The notes: a model not told the origin generated them from the sequence alone. DNA of 54,921 nucleotides from Thermoplasmata archaeon (GCA_034667685.1 JAXDQU010000028.1:1-54921), one strand, 5' to 3'. Positions 44,870 to 54,355 are shown, counted from the first letter of the stretch. Numbers and translations are program-made.

Positions 44870-44900
44870 TGGCTCGGCCGCGTCTTGCGGCGAAGCCGCT

Positions 44901-45071
44901 TCAACGGAGCGGGAAGATCAGCGTGACCGCGATGACGATGATCGCGACGCCGAAGGCCATGCCGAGCACGATGCGCGGGTCGATCTTGATCGACGTCTCC
45001 TCTTCCGCGTCGAAGTAGCGGATGAGGCCAGCCGCCTGCTGGAAGCCCGCGTTCTTGTTCTGCTTCGCCAT
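44901..45071 (-). CDS. secG: Preprotein translocase subunit Sec61-beta
   Basis: AGLIRYFDAEEETSIKIDP plus one TM. Confidence 0.93.
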   Translation of the reverse strand: MAKQNKNAGFQQAAGLIRYFDAEEETSIKIDPRIVLGMAFGVAIIVIAVTLIFPLR

Positions 45072-45095
45072 CGCGGCGTGGAGCGGGGGCAGTTC

Positions 45096-45104
45096 CATAT
45101 AAGC
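45096..45104. promoter_or_regulatory. Shared bidirectional TATA element
   Basis: CATATAAG lies about 21-30 nt from both divergent ATGs (45071 and 45124). Confidence 0.55.
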
Positions 45105-45123
45105 GTTCTCCCGATGGGGGGTC

Positions 45124-46053
45124 ATGGCGGGGCCGGCCATCCGCACCGAGGGGCTGACGCGGGCCTTCCAGTCCGTCCGCGCGGTCGACGGGCTGACGCT
45201 GGAGGTCCCGCGCGGCGTCGTCTTCGGCTTCCTGGGGCCCAACGGCTCGGGCAAGACGACGACCATCCGCCTGCTCCTGGGGCTCCTCGCGCCCACGAGC
45301 GGCTCGTCGCGCGTGCTTGACCTCGACCCGGTGGGCCAAGGCGCCGAGCTTCGCGCCCGCTGCGGCGCGCTCCTGGAGTTCCCGGGACTCTACGAGCGCA
45401 TGAGCGCGGAGGACAACCTGGAGTTCGCTGGTCGCCTCGCGCGCCTCGACGCGACGGAGCGCCGCGCCCGCGCCCGCGAGGGTCTGGAGCGCGTCGGGCT
45501 CTGGGAGCGGCGCAAGGAGATGGCCGGCACGTGGAGCCGCGGCATGAAGCAGAAGCTCGCCGTGGCGCGCGCGCTTTTGGCGCGTCCCGAGCTCGTCTTC
45601 CTCGACGAGCCCACGGCGGGGCTTGACCCGGTCGCGGCCGCGCAGCTGCGCGACGACCTGGACCGGCTGGTCCGCGCGGAGGGGCTCACCGTCTTCCTCA
45701 CGACGCACAACCTCGCGGAGGCCGAGCACCTCTGCGGCCGGGTCGCCGTGATCCGCGAGGGGAGGCTGCTCGCCGTGGGCACGCCCGCCGAGGTCCGCGC
45801 GCGCGGCTCGCACGGCGCGATGCACGTCATGGTCCAGGGGCGCAAGCTCGACGCGGGCCTCGCGCGCGGGCTCGCCGGCGTGCGCGAGGTGAGCGAGCGC
45901 CAGGGCGCATTGGACCTCACCGTCGAGGCCGGCTTCGACCCGGCGCCGCTCGTGCGCGCGCTCGTGCTGGCCGGCTGCGACGTGCAGGAAGTCCGCCGCG
46001 GCGACGCGACCCTGGAGGAGACGTTCCTGAAGCTCGTGGAGGAGAAGGCATGA
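45124..46053 (+). CDS. ABC-2 type exporter ATP-binding protein
   Basis: GPNGSGKTT, WSRGMKQK, DEPTAGLDP. Confidence 0.93.
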   Translation: MAGPAIRTEGLTRAFQSVRAVDGLTLEVPRGVVFGFLGPNGSGKTTTIRLLLGLLAPTSGSSRVLDLDPVGQGAELRARCGALLEFPGLYERMSAEDNLEFAGRLARLDATERRARAREGLERVGLWERRKEMAGTWSRGMKQKLAVARALLARPELVFLDEPTAGLDPVAAAQLRDDLDRLVRAEGLTVFLTTHNLAEAEHLCGRVAVIREGRLLAVGTPAEVRARGSHGAMHVMVQGRKLDAGLARGLAGVREVSERQGALDLTVEAGFDPAPLVRALVLAGCDVQEVRRGDATLEETFLKLVEEKA

Positions 46054-46772
46054 TCCGCGACGCGCTCTCTGTCGCCTGGAAGGAATGGCGCGAGCTTGTC
46101 CGCGCCCGCACGACGCGCATCGGGGCCCTCGTCATCGTCGTGATCTTCGGCGTCGTGCTCCCGCTCAATGGCCGCGTCGAGGAGTCGCGCTCGCCCTTCC
46201 AGGCCATCACGTGGGCGGTCATCCCGTTCGCGCTCACCATCCCGATCATCTCCGACGCCATCGCCGGCGAGCGGGAGCGCCACACGCTGGAGACGCTCCT
46301 GGCCTCGCGCCTGACCGAGCTGGACATCCTCGCGGGCAAGATCGGCACGTCCGTCGTCTATGCGTTCGGGGGCTCGCTCGTCGTCATGGTCATGCAGATC
46401 GCCGTCTGGAGCGGCCGCGCCGGGACGTTCACCGCGCCCCCGGTGGACGTGATGCTCGCGGGGCTCCTGGCGGCGCTGGGCGTCGCGCTGGTGGCCGCGA
46501 GCGCGGGCGTGCTCGTCTCGCTGCGCGCCCAGACGGTGCGCCAGGCCCAGCAGATCCTCGGCCTCTCGTTCGCGGCGCTCTACGTCGCGGGGATCGTCCT
46601 CTTCCAGCTCGACGCGCTCGCGGACGCGCGCCGCTCGCTGCTCTCGTTCCTGACGCGCGAGGGCCCCACCGAGCTGACGCTCGTCGTCGCGCTGGTCCTC
46701 CTTGCGGTCGCCGCCGCGCTCCTCGTCGCCTGCCGCGCCGCGTTCCAGCGCCAGAAGCTCCTCCTGGACTGA
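46050..46772 (+). CDS. ABC-2 type permease
   Basis: AIAGERERHTLETLLAS...GK; about 6 TM. Confidence 0.9.
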   Translation: MIRDALSVAWKEWRELVRARTTRIGALVIVVIFGVVLPLNGRVEESRSPFQAITWAVIPFALTIPIISDAIAGERERHTLETLLASRLTELDILAGKIGTSVVYAFGGSLVVMVMQIAVWSGRAGTFTAPPVDVMLAGLLAALGVALVAASAGVLVSLRAQTVRQAQQILGLSFAALYVAGIVLFQLDALADARRSLLSFLTREGPTELTLVVALVLLAVAAALLVACRAAFQRQKLLLD

Positions 46773-47425
46773 TGCCCTTGGCCGACCCGCTCCTCGACCT
46801 CCTGCCGAAAGCAAGACGCTCGTGGGCCCGCAAGGACCCCGTGCTGCACAAGCTCTCGAAGGAGCACCCGCCCACGTCGCGCAGCGTGGAGAAGGCGCCC
46901 CCCTTCGCCGCGCTCGTGGGGAGCATCACGCACCAGCAGGTGAGCCTTGCCGCGGGGCGCACGATCTACCGGCGCGTGGAGGAGGCCACCGGCGTGACGC
47001 CCGAGGGCGTGCTGCGCGCGGGACCCGACGGGCTGCGGGCGGCCGGGCTCTCGCGGCCCAAGGTCGCCTACGTGCTCGACCTCGCGCAGAAGGCGAAGGA
47101 CGGCCACGTGGACTTCGCGCGGCTCGCCGAGGCGCCCGACGCGGAGGTCGTCGAGACGCTCACGCAGGTCAAGGGCATCGGCGTCTGGACCGCCAAGATG
47201 TTCCTCATCTTCCACCTGGACCGGCCCGACGTGAGCGCGCCGGAGGACCTCGGCCTCCAGATCGCGGTCGCGCAGGCTTACAAGGTGCCGCGCGCCCGAG
47301 CCGCGAAGAAGATGGCCGCGATGGCGCCGCTCTGGTCGCCCTACAACAGCGTGGCCGCGCTCACGCTCTGGCACTGGCGCCATGTGATGAGCGCCCAGAA
47401 AGGGGACGCGCTCTCGCACACGTAG
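46772..47425 (+). CDS. DNA-3-methyladenine glycosylase (AlkA-like, HhH-GPD)
   Basis: HQQVS, GLSRPK, VKGIGVWTA, PEDLGL, WSPYNS. Confidence 0.92.
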   Translation: MPLADPLLDLLPKARRSWARKDPVLHKLSKEHPPTSRSVEKAPPFAALVGSITHQQVSLAAGRTIYRRVEEATGVTPEGVLRAGPDGLRAAGLSRPKVAYVLDLAQKAKDGHVDFARLAEAPDAEVVETLTQVKGIGVWTAKMFLIFHLDRPDVSAPEDLGLQIAVAQAYKVPRARAAKKMAAMAPLWSPYNSVAALTLWHWRHVMSAQKGDALSHT

Positions 47426-47445
47426 ATTGTAGATTACCCCCCTCT

Positions 47446-47510
47446 CTTCCAGCCACGGAGGACACAGAGGAACGAGAAAAATCGCCTCTGTGATCCTCTG
47501 TGGCTGGAGG
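47446..47510. repeat. Palindrome built from 9-nt CACAGAGGn units (copy 2)
   Basis: TCCAGCCACGGAGGACACAGAGG...CCTCTGTGATCCTCTGTGGCTGGAGG; same termini as the 41329 copy. Confidence 0.85.
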
Positions 47511-47532
47511 CGGCGCTACGCCTGGAAGGGAT

Positions 47533-47976
47533 TCACGCGCCAGGCGGGTCGCGCACGGGCCTGACGTCGATCACGGCGCCATCGAGGTTGACCGGCGCCC
47601 GGAACCCGCCCTCGCGCCACGCGCGCCCGATCTCGCGCAGCAGCGTCAGCGTGGCGAACGGGATCAGGTCGAGGCCGGGCACGAGGTCCACGCCCGCGAA
47701 GAGGAGCGAGTAGCTCGTCTGGCCCGTGATGCCCATGAGGAACGCCGCTTCGAGGACGAACGCGATCGCCATCGTGAACGGCCCGCCCAGGATGTCGAGC
47801 GGCGAGTCCACGAGATCGAGGAAGAGCGCGACGGGCAGCAGGCCGATCAGGCCCACGGGCACGCGCCCCTGGCGGATCGCGGCGACGCGCGCGACGAGGT
47901 CGGCAAGCTGGCCCACGCCGGGGATTTTCGCCACGAGGCCGCGGCGCTTGTCGTTGCGGGAGACGGTGCGTGTCAA
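47533..47976 (-). CDS. Hypothetical membrane protein
   Basis: Hydrophobic hairpins, GVDLVPGLDLIPFATL. Start uncertain (47934 or 47976). Confidence 0.7.
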   Translation of the reverse strand: MTRTVSRNDKRRGLVAKIPGVGQLADLVARVAAIRQGRVPVGLIGLLPVALFLDLVDSPLDILGGPFTMAIAFVLEAAFLMGITGQTSYSLLFAGVDLVPGLDLIPFATLTLLREIGRAWREGGFRAPVNLDGAVIDVRPVRDPPGA

Positions 47977-48098
47977 GGCGGGCGGCCTTTTCCCGCCACG
48001 TGGATAAGGGCGCCGGCAGGCCGGCTGATCGGACGCTAACACAAGTTTCCTCCACCAAAACGATTTGACCGCTGGCTGTTACCTCCCTCGGGGAGATC

Positions 48099-48791
48099 AT
48101 GGACTCGGGGGAGACCGTGCAGCAGGATGAGCTTCGGCGCACGCTGGAGGCGCTCTCCAGCCCAACGAGGCTTTGGCTTCTCGCGCGACTCGCGACGCCC
48201 GGCTTCGTCACCGGCCTGGCGAACGAGCTGGGCGTCAGCCGCCAAGCCACGCAAAAACACCTGGACGCGCTCACGGGGGCCGGGCTCGTGCAGGGGCGCC
48301 TGGCGTGGCGCGGGACCGTGCGCGCCGTGGAGTACGTCGCGAGCCCCGCGGGGATCTTCGCCTTCCGGGAGACGCTCCACGGGCTGACGGGGGAGGCCAA
48401 CACCCTCGCGTTCCCGCTGACGCCCACCCGCCCTTCCTCGCCTTCGGGCTTCGATGCGCACGGCGTCGGCCCCGGCCTCCTGCTGGTGCACGGCGACGTG
48501 CCTGGGCGCTGGTACCCGCTGGAGGGGCGCTCCGAGTGGATCGTCGGGCGCGCGGCCCAGCAGCACGTCTGCCTCGCGTACGATCCCTTCGCGAGCGCGC
48601 AGCACGCGCTGCTCCGGCGCGGCCCGGAGGGGTGGCGCATCGCGGACCTGCGCAGCCGGAACGGCACGCGCGTGAACCTCCGTCCCCTGCCGCCGGGCGG
48701 CGTGCATCCGCTCCGGCAGGGCGACCTGATCACGGTGGGCCGCAGCCACCTCATCTTCCGGGAGGGATCGTCGTCGCCTCCGCCATCGTGA
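48099..48791 (+). CDS. ArsR-type HTH plus FHA domain regulator
   Basis: LSSPTRLWLL...SRQATQKHLDAL..AGLV; FHA GR...DPFASAQHA...DLRSRNGT. Confidence 0.92.
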   Translation: MDSGETVQQDELRRTLEALSSPTRLWLLARLATPGFVTGLANELGVSRQATQKHLDALTGAGLVQGRLAWRGTVRAVEYVASPAGIFAFRETLHGLTGEANTLAFPLTPTRPSSPSGFDAHGVGPGLLLVHGDVPGRWYPLEGRSEWIVGRAAQQHVCLAYDPFASAQHALLRRGPEGWRIADLRSRNGTRVNLRPLPPGGVHPLRQGDLITVGRSHLIFREGSSSPPPS

Positions 48792-50782
48792 CGTTGAGCG
48801 GCGCCGCGAACGCGCTCCTGGGGGCGTTCCTCCTGGCGGTGGCGGGGGTCGTCGCGCGCCGCGGCACGGACCGGCGGACGCGCTGGCCCCTCGCGGCCTA
48901 CCTGGCGCTCGTGGGCGCGAACTACCTCATGGACGGCCTGCGCATCTCCGTCGTGGACGCCGGCGTTCCGGGATGGTCCCAGGCCCTCGGCCCGTTCGTC
49001 GAGGGCCATTACGCACCGCGCATCCCGCTCCTCTTCGACCCGCTCGCGCTGCTCCTCTTCGCCCTCATGACGTGGCGCCCCCGCGTCTCGCCGGGCCTCG
49101 TGGCGGCGGCCGCCCTGCCCGCGCTGGCGATCGGCGTCGCGGTCATGCTCGTGCTGCCGGCCCCGACCATCCATGCCCCGCTCTGGGACGCCTTCCTCGC
49201 CGAGCTCGTGCTCTACTACGCGTTGGCCTTCGCGCTCCTCGCGCGCACCTACCTCGCCGCCCGCAGCGCGGCCGAGCGCGACCGGCTCGGCACGCTGCTC
49301 GTGGGGTTCGGCATCGTGCTCGTGCCGCGCTTCGCGCTCCTGCACCTCGACATCGGGCTGGGCACGTACATTCCCTTCCCGCCGGGATTTCCTTCCCTGG
49401 TCACGGTCGACCTGAGCGCGCTCGTCGTCGCGTTCGCGCTCGTCGCGATCCTCCTGCTGCGGCATGCCAGCCCCGAGGCGCGCCCGCACGTGGAGCGCAC
49501 GACGATCGAGATGGGCTGGATGCTCGTCGTCGTGGCGCTGGCGTGGGCGCTCTTCGACTTCCTGCACGACGCGATCACGCTGACGTTCGGGCTGCTCTAC
49601 TCGATCCGCTGGTTCGTCTTCGGCGGGTTCCTCGCCTACGGCGGCCGCAGCGAGGGATTCCTGGGCCTGCCGGGCCGCCCCACGGCGAGGCTGCGCGCGC
49701 TCTTCACCGCGCTGCTCGCGGCGTCGGTCCTCGTCGAGCTCGTCGCCGTCGCGCAGGCGCTCCCCGGCCTGGCGCCCAGCGTCCGCCTGCTCGACGTCCT
49801 GGCGATCGCGGGCTTCGGCCTCCAGGTCTACGCGGTGCTGCGGCTCGCGCGCCCCCGCAACGCCGCCGAGGCGTCCTGGCGACGCGCCCAGATCTACCGC
49901 GCGCAGGTCCAGTTGGGCGCCTCGGAGGAGGACCTCGCCACCCTCCAGGAGCGGCTGGGCCTCTCGGCGCGCGAGGCCGGCGAGATCCGGCGCGCCGTGG
50001 CGCTGGAGCGCGACCGGGCCGCGCCGGCGCCCCACGGCGCGCTCGATCACGGCGCCATGCTCGCGGAGCGTTACGAGGTGGGCGCGCTCCTGGGCGCTGG
50101 GTCGTTCGGCCTGGTCCACGAGGCGCGCGACCGGCTCACCGGCGAGCGCGTCGTGCTCAAGGAGCTCAACCTGCGCTGGCGCGCCGACGCCGAGGCGCTC
50201 GGGCGGTTCCGCCGCGAGATCGAGACGGCGCTGCGCGTCGAGCACCCGAACCTCGTCGCCTTCCGCGCGCTGGAGAGCGCGGGCGACGCGAGCGTCCTCG
50301 TCCTGGCCCACGTCGAGGGGGAGACGCTCGCGGCGCGCCTCGCGCGCGGTCCGCTGACGCCCGCCGAGTCGGCGCAGGTCGCGCGCGACGTGCTCGCGGG
50401 CCTCTCCGTGCTCCACCGCCACGGCATCGTCCACCGCGACGTGAAGCCCGAGAACGTGATGCTCCAGCCCGACGGCCGCGCCGTGCTGCTCGACTTCGGC
50501 TGCGCGACGGACCCCGTCTCTTCGGGCGCGACGCAGGCGGCGCTCCAGCCGGGCACGCCCGAGTACATGAGCCCGGAGCAGGCGCGCGGCGAGGCCGTCT
50601 CGCCCGCGAGCGATCTCTACGCCGTGGGCGTGGTGCTCTGGGAGGCGCTCAGCGGCGCCCGCCCGCCGGGCCGCGCTCCTTCCTCCCCGTGGCGCGTCAC
50701 CCTGCTGCGCGCCCTCGACCCGGACCCCGCCCTGCGTTGGCCCGACGCCGAAGCGTTCCGCGCGGCGCTGCCCGTGGCGTGA
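48788..50782 (+). CDS. Multi-pass membrane Hanks-type Ser/Thr protein kinase
   Basis: About 11 hydrophobic segments, then GAGSFG, VVLKE, HRDVKPEN, DFG, GTPEYMSPE, SDLYAVG; GTGA overlap with the FHA gene. Confidence 0.92.
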   Translation: MTLSGAANALLGAFLLAVAGVVARRGTDRRTRWPLAAYLALVGANYLMDGLRISVVDAGVPGWSQALGPFVEGHYAPRIPLLFDPLALLLFALMTWRPRVSPGLVAAAALPALAIGVAVMLVLPAPTIHAPLWDAFLAELVLYYALAFALLARTYLAARSAAERDRLGTLLVGFGIVLVPRFALLHLDIGLGTYIPFPPGFPSLVTVDLSALVVAFALVAILLLRHASPEARPHVERTTIEMGWMLVVVALAWALFDFLHDAITLTFGLLYSIRWFVFGGFLAYGGRSEGFLGLPGRPTARLRALFTALLAASVLVELVAVAQALPGLAPSVRLLDVLAIAGFGLQVYAVLRLARPRNAAEASWRRAQIYRAQVQLGASEEDLATLQERLGLSAREAGEIRRAVALERDRAAPAPHGALDHGAMLAERYEVGALLGAGSFGLVHEARDRLTGERVVLKELNLRWRADAEALGRFRREIETALRVEHPNLVAFRALESAGDASVLVLAHVEGETLAARLARGPLTPAESAQVARDVLAGLSVLHRHGIVHRDVKPENVMLQPDGRAVLLDFGCATDPVSSGATQAALQPGTPEYMSPEQARGEAVSPASDLYAVGVVLWEALSGARPPGRAPSSPWRVTLLRALDPDPALRWPDAEAFRAALPVA

Positions 50783-50872
50783 GCCCTCCCTGACGCGTCC
50801 CGCAGAGGGCCGGATGGCTCAATGTCCGCTGTCCGAATCCTTATGCCCCTCAGCCGACGAAGGGGAAGGTTG

Positions 50873-51385
50873 GTGGTCCGCGTGGAGCCCAGCGATCGTG
50901 TTCGTCAATTCATCTCGCAGACCATGAGCCCCGAGTCCGTCCGCATCGCCGAAGCGCTGCTTTCGCGCAAGGAGGCGACCGACAGCGAGCTTGCCGAGGA
51001 GCTTGGCGAGAAGCCTTCCCACATCCGCAAGGTGCTCTACGACCTCTACGAGGCGCGCATCGCGGAGTACCACAAGGAGAAGGACAAGGAGACCGGCTGG
51101 CTCACCTTCTACTGGCAGATCAATCCCCAGCACGCCAGCGCGCACATCCTCGACAAGGCGCGCAAGGACCTCCAGCAGCTCACCAAGGCGCTGGAGTACG
51201 AGGAGACCCACGAGTTCTTCGTCTGTCCCCAGGGCGCCGAGCGCTTCGACTTCGCCCGCGCCACCGAGTCGGACTTCCACTGCCCCGAGCACGGCGCGAT
51301 CCTCCAGCAGCACGACAACCGCCGCGAGCTCGACCAGCTCCGCGAGCGCGTGGAAGCGCTCCGGCGCGAATCGACCGCGAGCTAG
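50873..51385 (+). CDS. tfe: Archaeal transcription factor E (TFE alpha)
   Basis: TDSELAEELG...IRKVLYDLYE, KDKETGWLTFYW, FFVCP...FHCPEHG. Start 50870-50882. Confidence 0.93.
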   Translation: MVRVEPSDRVRQFISQTMSPESVRIAEALLSRKEATDSELAEELGEKPSHIRKVLYDLYEARIAEYHKEKDKETGWLTFYWQINPQHASAHILDKARKDLQQLTKALEYEETHEFFVCPQGAERFDFARATESDFHCPEHGAILQQHDNRRELDQLRERVEALRRESTAS

Positions 51386-51395
51386 CGCCTGAGTC

Positions 51396-51617
51396 TCAGT
51401 CCGTCTTTTTCGAGGCCGCGTAGACGCCCAGCGCCAGCGCGGCCACCAGCGCGCCCAGCCCCACGAGCTGCTGGAAGCGCGCCTCCAACGGATTCCCGTC
51501 GGCGTCCGGCGCGCCCGCCCACGCGTCGAGCACCGGCGCGAGCATGAGACGCACCGCGGCGAGGATCAGGACCGCGCACCCCAGGATGGCGAGCACGCGC
51601 CACGCGTCCAGCTTCAT
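51396..51617 (-). CDS. Small 2-TM membrane protein
   Basis: Two hydrophobic helices, MKLDAWRVLAILG.... Confidence 0.65.
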   Translation of the reverse strand: MKLDAWRVLAILGCAVLILAAVRLMLAPVLDAWAGAPDADGNPLEARFQQLVGLGALVAALALGVYAASKKTD

Positions 51618-51644
51618 CGGACGGGCTTCGGCGCGCGCCACGGA

Positions 51645-51860
51645 AAAGACGCTCGGTTTCGGGATGAAAGGGATTCCTCTCCAGGGGCGGAACAGGACAG
51701 GATGCCTGCGGCGCTTGCGCGTCGCGGGGCGGTGGTGGGATTTCCCTGGAGAGGGGGGAAGCGTCGAAACGCTCGCGGCAGACCCACGAGGTCGGCACCG
51801 GCCAGGGAGCCCCGAAGGGCCCGTCGCGAACCAGTCTCCAACGCGCTTCGTTCTTCCTTG
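51645..51860 (-). ncRNA. Candidate ~210-nt structured RNA with its own TATA box
   Basis: TTGATATAG at 51890-51882; stems with cUUCGg and GCAA tetraloops; 11-bp CCTCTCCAGGG/CCCTGGAGAGG; G-U pairs favour the minus strand. Confidence 0.55.
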
Positions 51861-52026
51861 AGACGAAGGACGCTGGGCGCACTATATCAAGTTGCGGAAC
51901 TCGCGACGGGCAGGCGCGATTGCGAAGGCTTATCCGACATTTTCCTCGGGGGCGGCGTGGCCTCCCATGCATGGCGAGCCAGGTCGGGCCTTCCCGCACG
52001 AGGTCCATGCCGCGCCGGCGCGATGG

Positions 52027-52098
52027 GCCGCCACCACGCCATCACGCCGGCCGGGAAATCCACGGGTTGGCGTGTTGGCGTCATGGCGTGTTGGCGGC
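52027..52098. repeat. Palindrome built from 8-nt ACGCCAnn units (copy 2)
   Basis: GCCACCAC GCCATCAC GCC...TTGGCGTG TTGGCGTC ATGGCGTG TTGGCGGC. Confidence 0.8.
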
Positions 52099-52123
52099 AG
52101 GGCGAAGCCCGATCTCTTGGGTT

Positions 52124-53434
52124 CTACCTCCACGTCGTCGCCGCGCTCGTGTACGCGACGCCGCCCACGGTGGCGGTGAACGTCACCTGCGCGCCGCTCG
52201 CGACGTGCGTGCTGAGGGCCCACGTGCCCCACGAGGTGGCGCGCAGCGCGATGGGCGCTCCGCCGTCGATGGTCGCGCTCACCGCGCTGGGCGAGCCGCT
52301 GACCTTGACCTCGACCCACCAGGTGTTGACGTTGGGGCTCACGGCGAACGTGGGCGCGTTGGCGGTCGGGATCGGAGCCGGAGCTGGAGCCGGCGCGGGT
52401 GGGGCGGCGCCGAGCCACGCGTAGGTCGGGCTCGCGACGGCCGCGCCGTTGACGATGGCGGTGAAGCTCACCTGGCTTCCGGCGGGCGCGTGGACGCTCG
52501 CGGCCCACGTGCCCCAGCTCTCGTGCGTGAGCGGGACGGGCGCGCCGCCGTTCACGATCGCGTTGACCGCGCTCGGGCCGCCCGAAACGCTCACCTCGAT
52601 CCACCATGCGTTCACGTTCGGGGAGAGCGTGAACGTCGTTGGCGAGGGCGAGGGAAGAGGCGACGGCGCGGGGGCGGGCGGGGGCGTCGTCGTCCCGCCG
52701 CTCGCGGGCCACGTGTAGTCGTTGAGCACCGCGGGCTTGTAGACCGCGACGTACTTGTCGTAGAGGCAGAGGTAGTCGCAGTTGTTCGGGTCGTACTTCT
52801 GGTACTCGCCCTTGTTCCAGTGGAATGCCACGGCGCGGAGCACCTGCTCCGTCGTGAAGCTGGGGTACGTCTTCTGGATCACGAGGAAATCGGGCAGGAC
52901 CTCCTCGGTGACGAAGCGGTCCAGGTTCTGCTGCGGGTCGAAGGGGTTGGAGAGCGGCGTGACGGGGCGAGGCGGCGCGATGCTGCCGTAGATGCCCTTG
53001 CCGAGCATCGTGGGCGCGCTGCCCGAGTTGCCCGGGTACGTCATGCCCTCGTGCGTCCAGCCCGTGAGCTGCGTCAGGCCGCAGCCGTGGGGCAGGTGGT
53101 CGCTCGTGGGCCAGAAGGAGGAGAGGGGCTTGTTCCAACCTCCCGCGCCGTCGTTGTAGTTGCAGAACGTGGCGCTGAACGTGGACTCCCGGTGCTCCAC
53201 CGAGTAGAGGAACCATCGCAACGTCTTGGCGTCGAGGCCGGGGACGGCGTTGGCGTAGGCCTGCGCGGTGGTGAGGGTCGCGGTCTGGACCGCGGCGTTG
53301 GTCAGTTGAGGCGGCTGGTACGTCGTCGCGGCCTGGGCGCTGGGCGTCACGAGGACGGCCAGGCAAGAAGCGAGCAGCAGGCTGCCCGCCACCCAAGCGA
53401 AGGACGACTGTTGGCGCGTCTTGAGGCGTGCCAT
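52124..53434 (-). CDS. Secreted lysozyme-like (SLT/GH23-like) protein with two expansin-like C-terminal repeats
   Basis: Signal ending AQA; RESTF, GLTQL, FDPQQNL, HWNKG; Pro linkers; 2x NVNxWW..V.VSG...SWGTW...QVxFTA. Confidence 0.75.
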   Translation of the reverse strand: MARLKTRQQSSFAWVAGSLLLASCLAVLVTPSAQAATTYQPPQLTNAAVQTATLTTAQAYANAVPGLDAKTLRWFLYSVEHRESTFSATFCNYNDGAGGWNKPLSSFWPTSDHLPHGCGLTQLTGWTHEGMTYPGNSGSAPTMLGKGIYGSIAPPRPVTPLSNPFDPQQNLDRFVTEEVLPDFLVIQKTYPSFTTEQVLRAVAFHWNKGEYQKYDPNNCDYLCLYDKYVAVYKPAVLNDYTWPASGGTTTPPPAPAPSPLPSPSPTTFTLSPNVNAWWIEVSVSGGPSAVNAIVNGGAPVPLTHESWGTWAASVHAPAGSQVSFTAIVNGAAVASPTYAWLGAAPPAPAPAPAPIPTANAPTFAVSPNVNTWWVEVKVSGSPSAVSATIDGGAPIALRATSWGTWALSTHVASGAQVTFTATVGGVAYTSAATTWR

Positions 53435-53602
53435 GGGGTCCGCTCGACTCCAAGCGCTTGGTCAAGCAGGCATCCGCCAGTCCGCCTGTCCGCCAAGTCC
53501 GCGCAAGCGACGAAGCGCGCCCGCACGGAGACGGGATCGCCCCCAACATGCCAGCGATCGAAGCCTTGCGCCGCGGCGCCCTCCCGCCCGCGGAGAGCTC
53601 CC

Positions 53603-54355
53603 ATGGCCAAGTGCCCCGTCGATTCTGCGTCCACCGCGTTCGTCCCGCCCGAGGCCGTCTTCGACAAGCGCGCGGGAAACAAGATCGTCGTGACGAAGGA
53701 CGGACCCTACGTCGTGACGGGCGAGGTCCCCCTGCGCGTGCAGACCATCACGCCCAACGCAGAGGGCTTCTCGTGGGACTGGGTGAAGGGCCGGGCCTTC
53801 GACGTGGGGAGCAGGTACGCGCTCTGCCGCTGCGGGCTCTCGGGCGCCAAGCCCTTCTGCGACGGCAGCCACACGAAGGCGCGCTTCGACGGCACGGAGC
53901 GCGCGACGCGCCGGCCCTACGCGCGGCAGGCCGAGACGATCCGCGGGCCGCAGTTGGACCTGGAAGACGCCGAGTCGCTCTGCGCCTTCGCCCGGTTCTG
54001 CGACCCGGCCGGCAAGATCTGGCGCCTCGCCGCCGAGGGCACGACGCCGGAGGCGCGCGCGTTGGCGATCCGCGAGGCGAACCACTGCCCCGCGGGCCGG
54101 CTCGTCGTGCTCGACAAGGCGACGCACAAGCCCTTCGAGGAACCGCGCCCCCAGGAGATCGGCGTCGTCGAGGACCCCGCGCTGGGCGTGAGCGGCCCGC
54201 TCTGGGTGCAGGGCGGCATCCCCATCGAGAGCGCGGACGGCAAGCGCTACGAGGTGCGCAACCGCGTCACGCTGTGCCGCTGCGGCGCCTCGGCCAACAT
54301 GCCCTTCTGCAACGGGAGCCACGCGACGGTCCAGTTTCAGGATGGGATCGGCTAA
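53603..54355 (+). CDS. CDGSH iron-sulfur protein (two CDGSH plus central Cys domain)
   Basis: LCRCGLSGAKPFCDGSH, CAFARFC...CPAG, LCRCGASANMPFCNGSH. Confidence 0.92.
   Translation: MAKCPVDSASTAFVPPEAVFDKRAGNKIVVTKDGPYVVTGEVPLRVQTITPNAEGFSWDWVKGRAFDVGSRYALCRCGLSGAKPFCDGSHTKARFDGTERATRRPYARQAETIRGPQLDLEDAESLCAFARFCDPAGKIWRLAAEGTTPEARALAIREANHCPAGRLVVLDKATHKPFEEPRPQEIGVVEDPALGVSGPLWVQGGIPIESADGKRYEVRNRVTLCRCGASANMPFCNGSHATVQFQDGIG

Noticed and set aside
47516-50434. 972-aa minus-strand ORF
   Set aside because: Antisense shadow of the FHA and kinase genes.
51920-53602. Long N-terminal extension of the CDGSH protein
   Set aside because: Antisense to the SLT-like gene; the real start is most likely ATG 53603.
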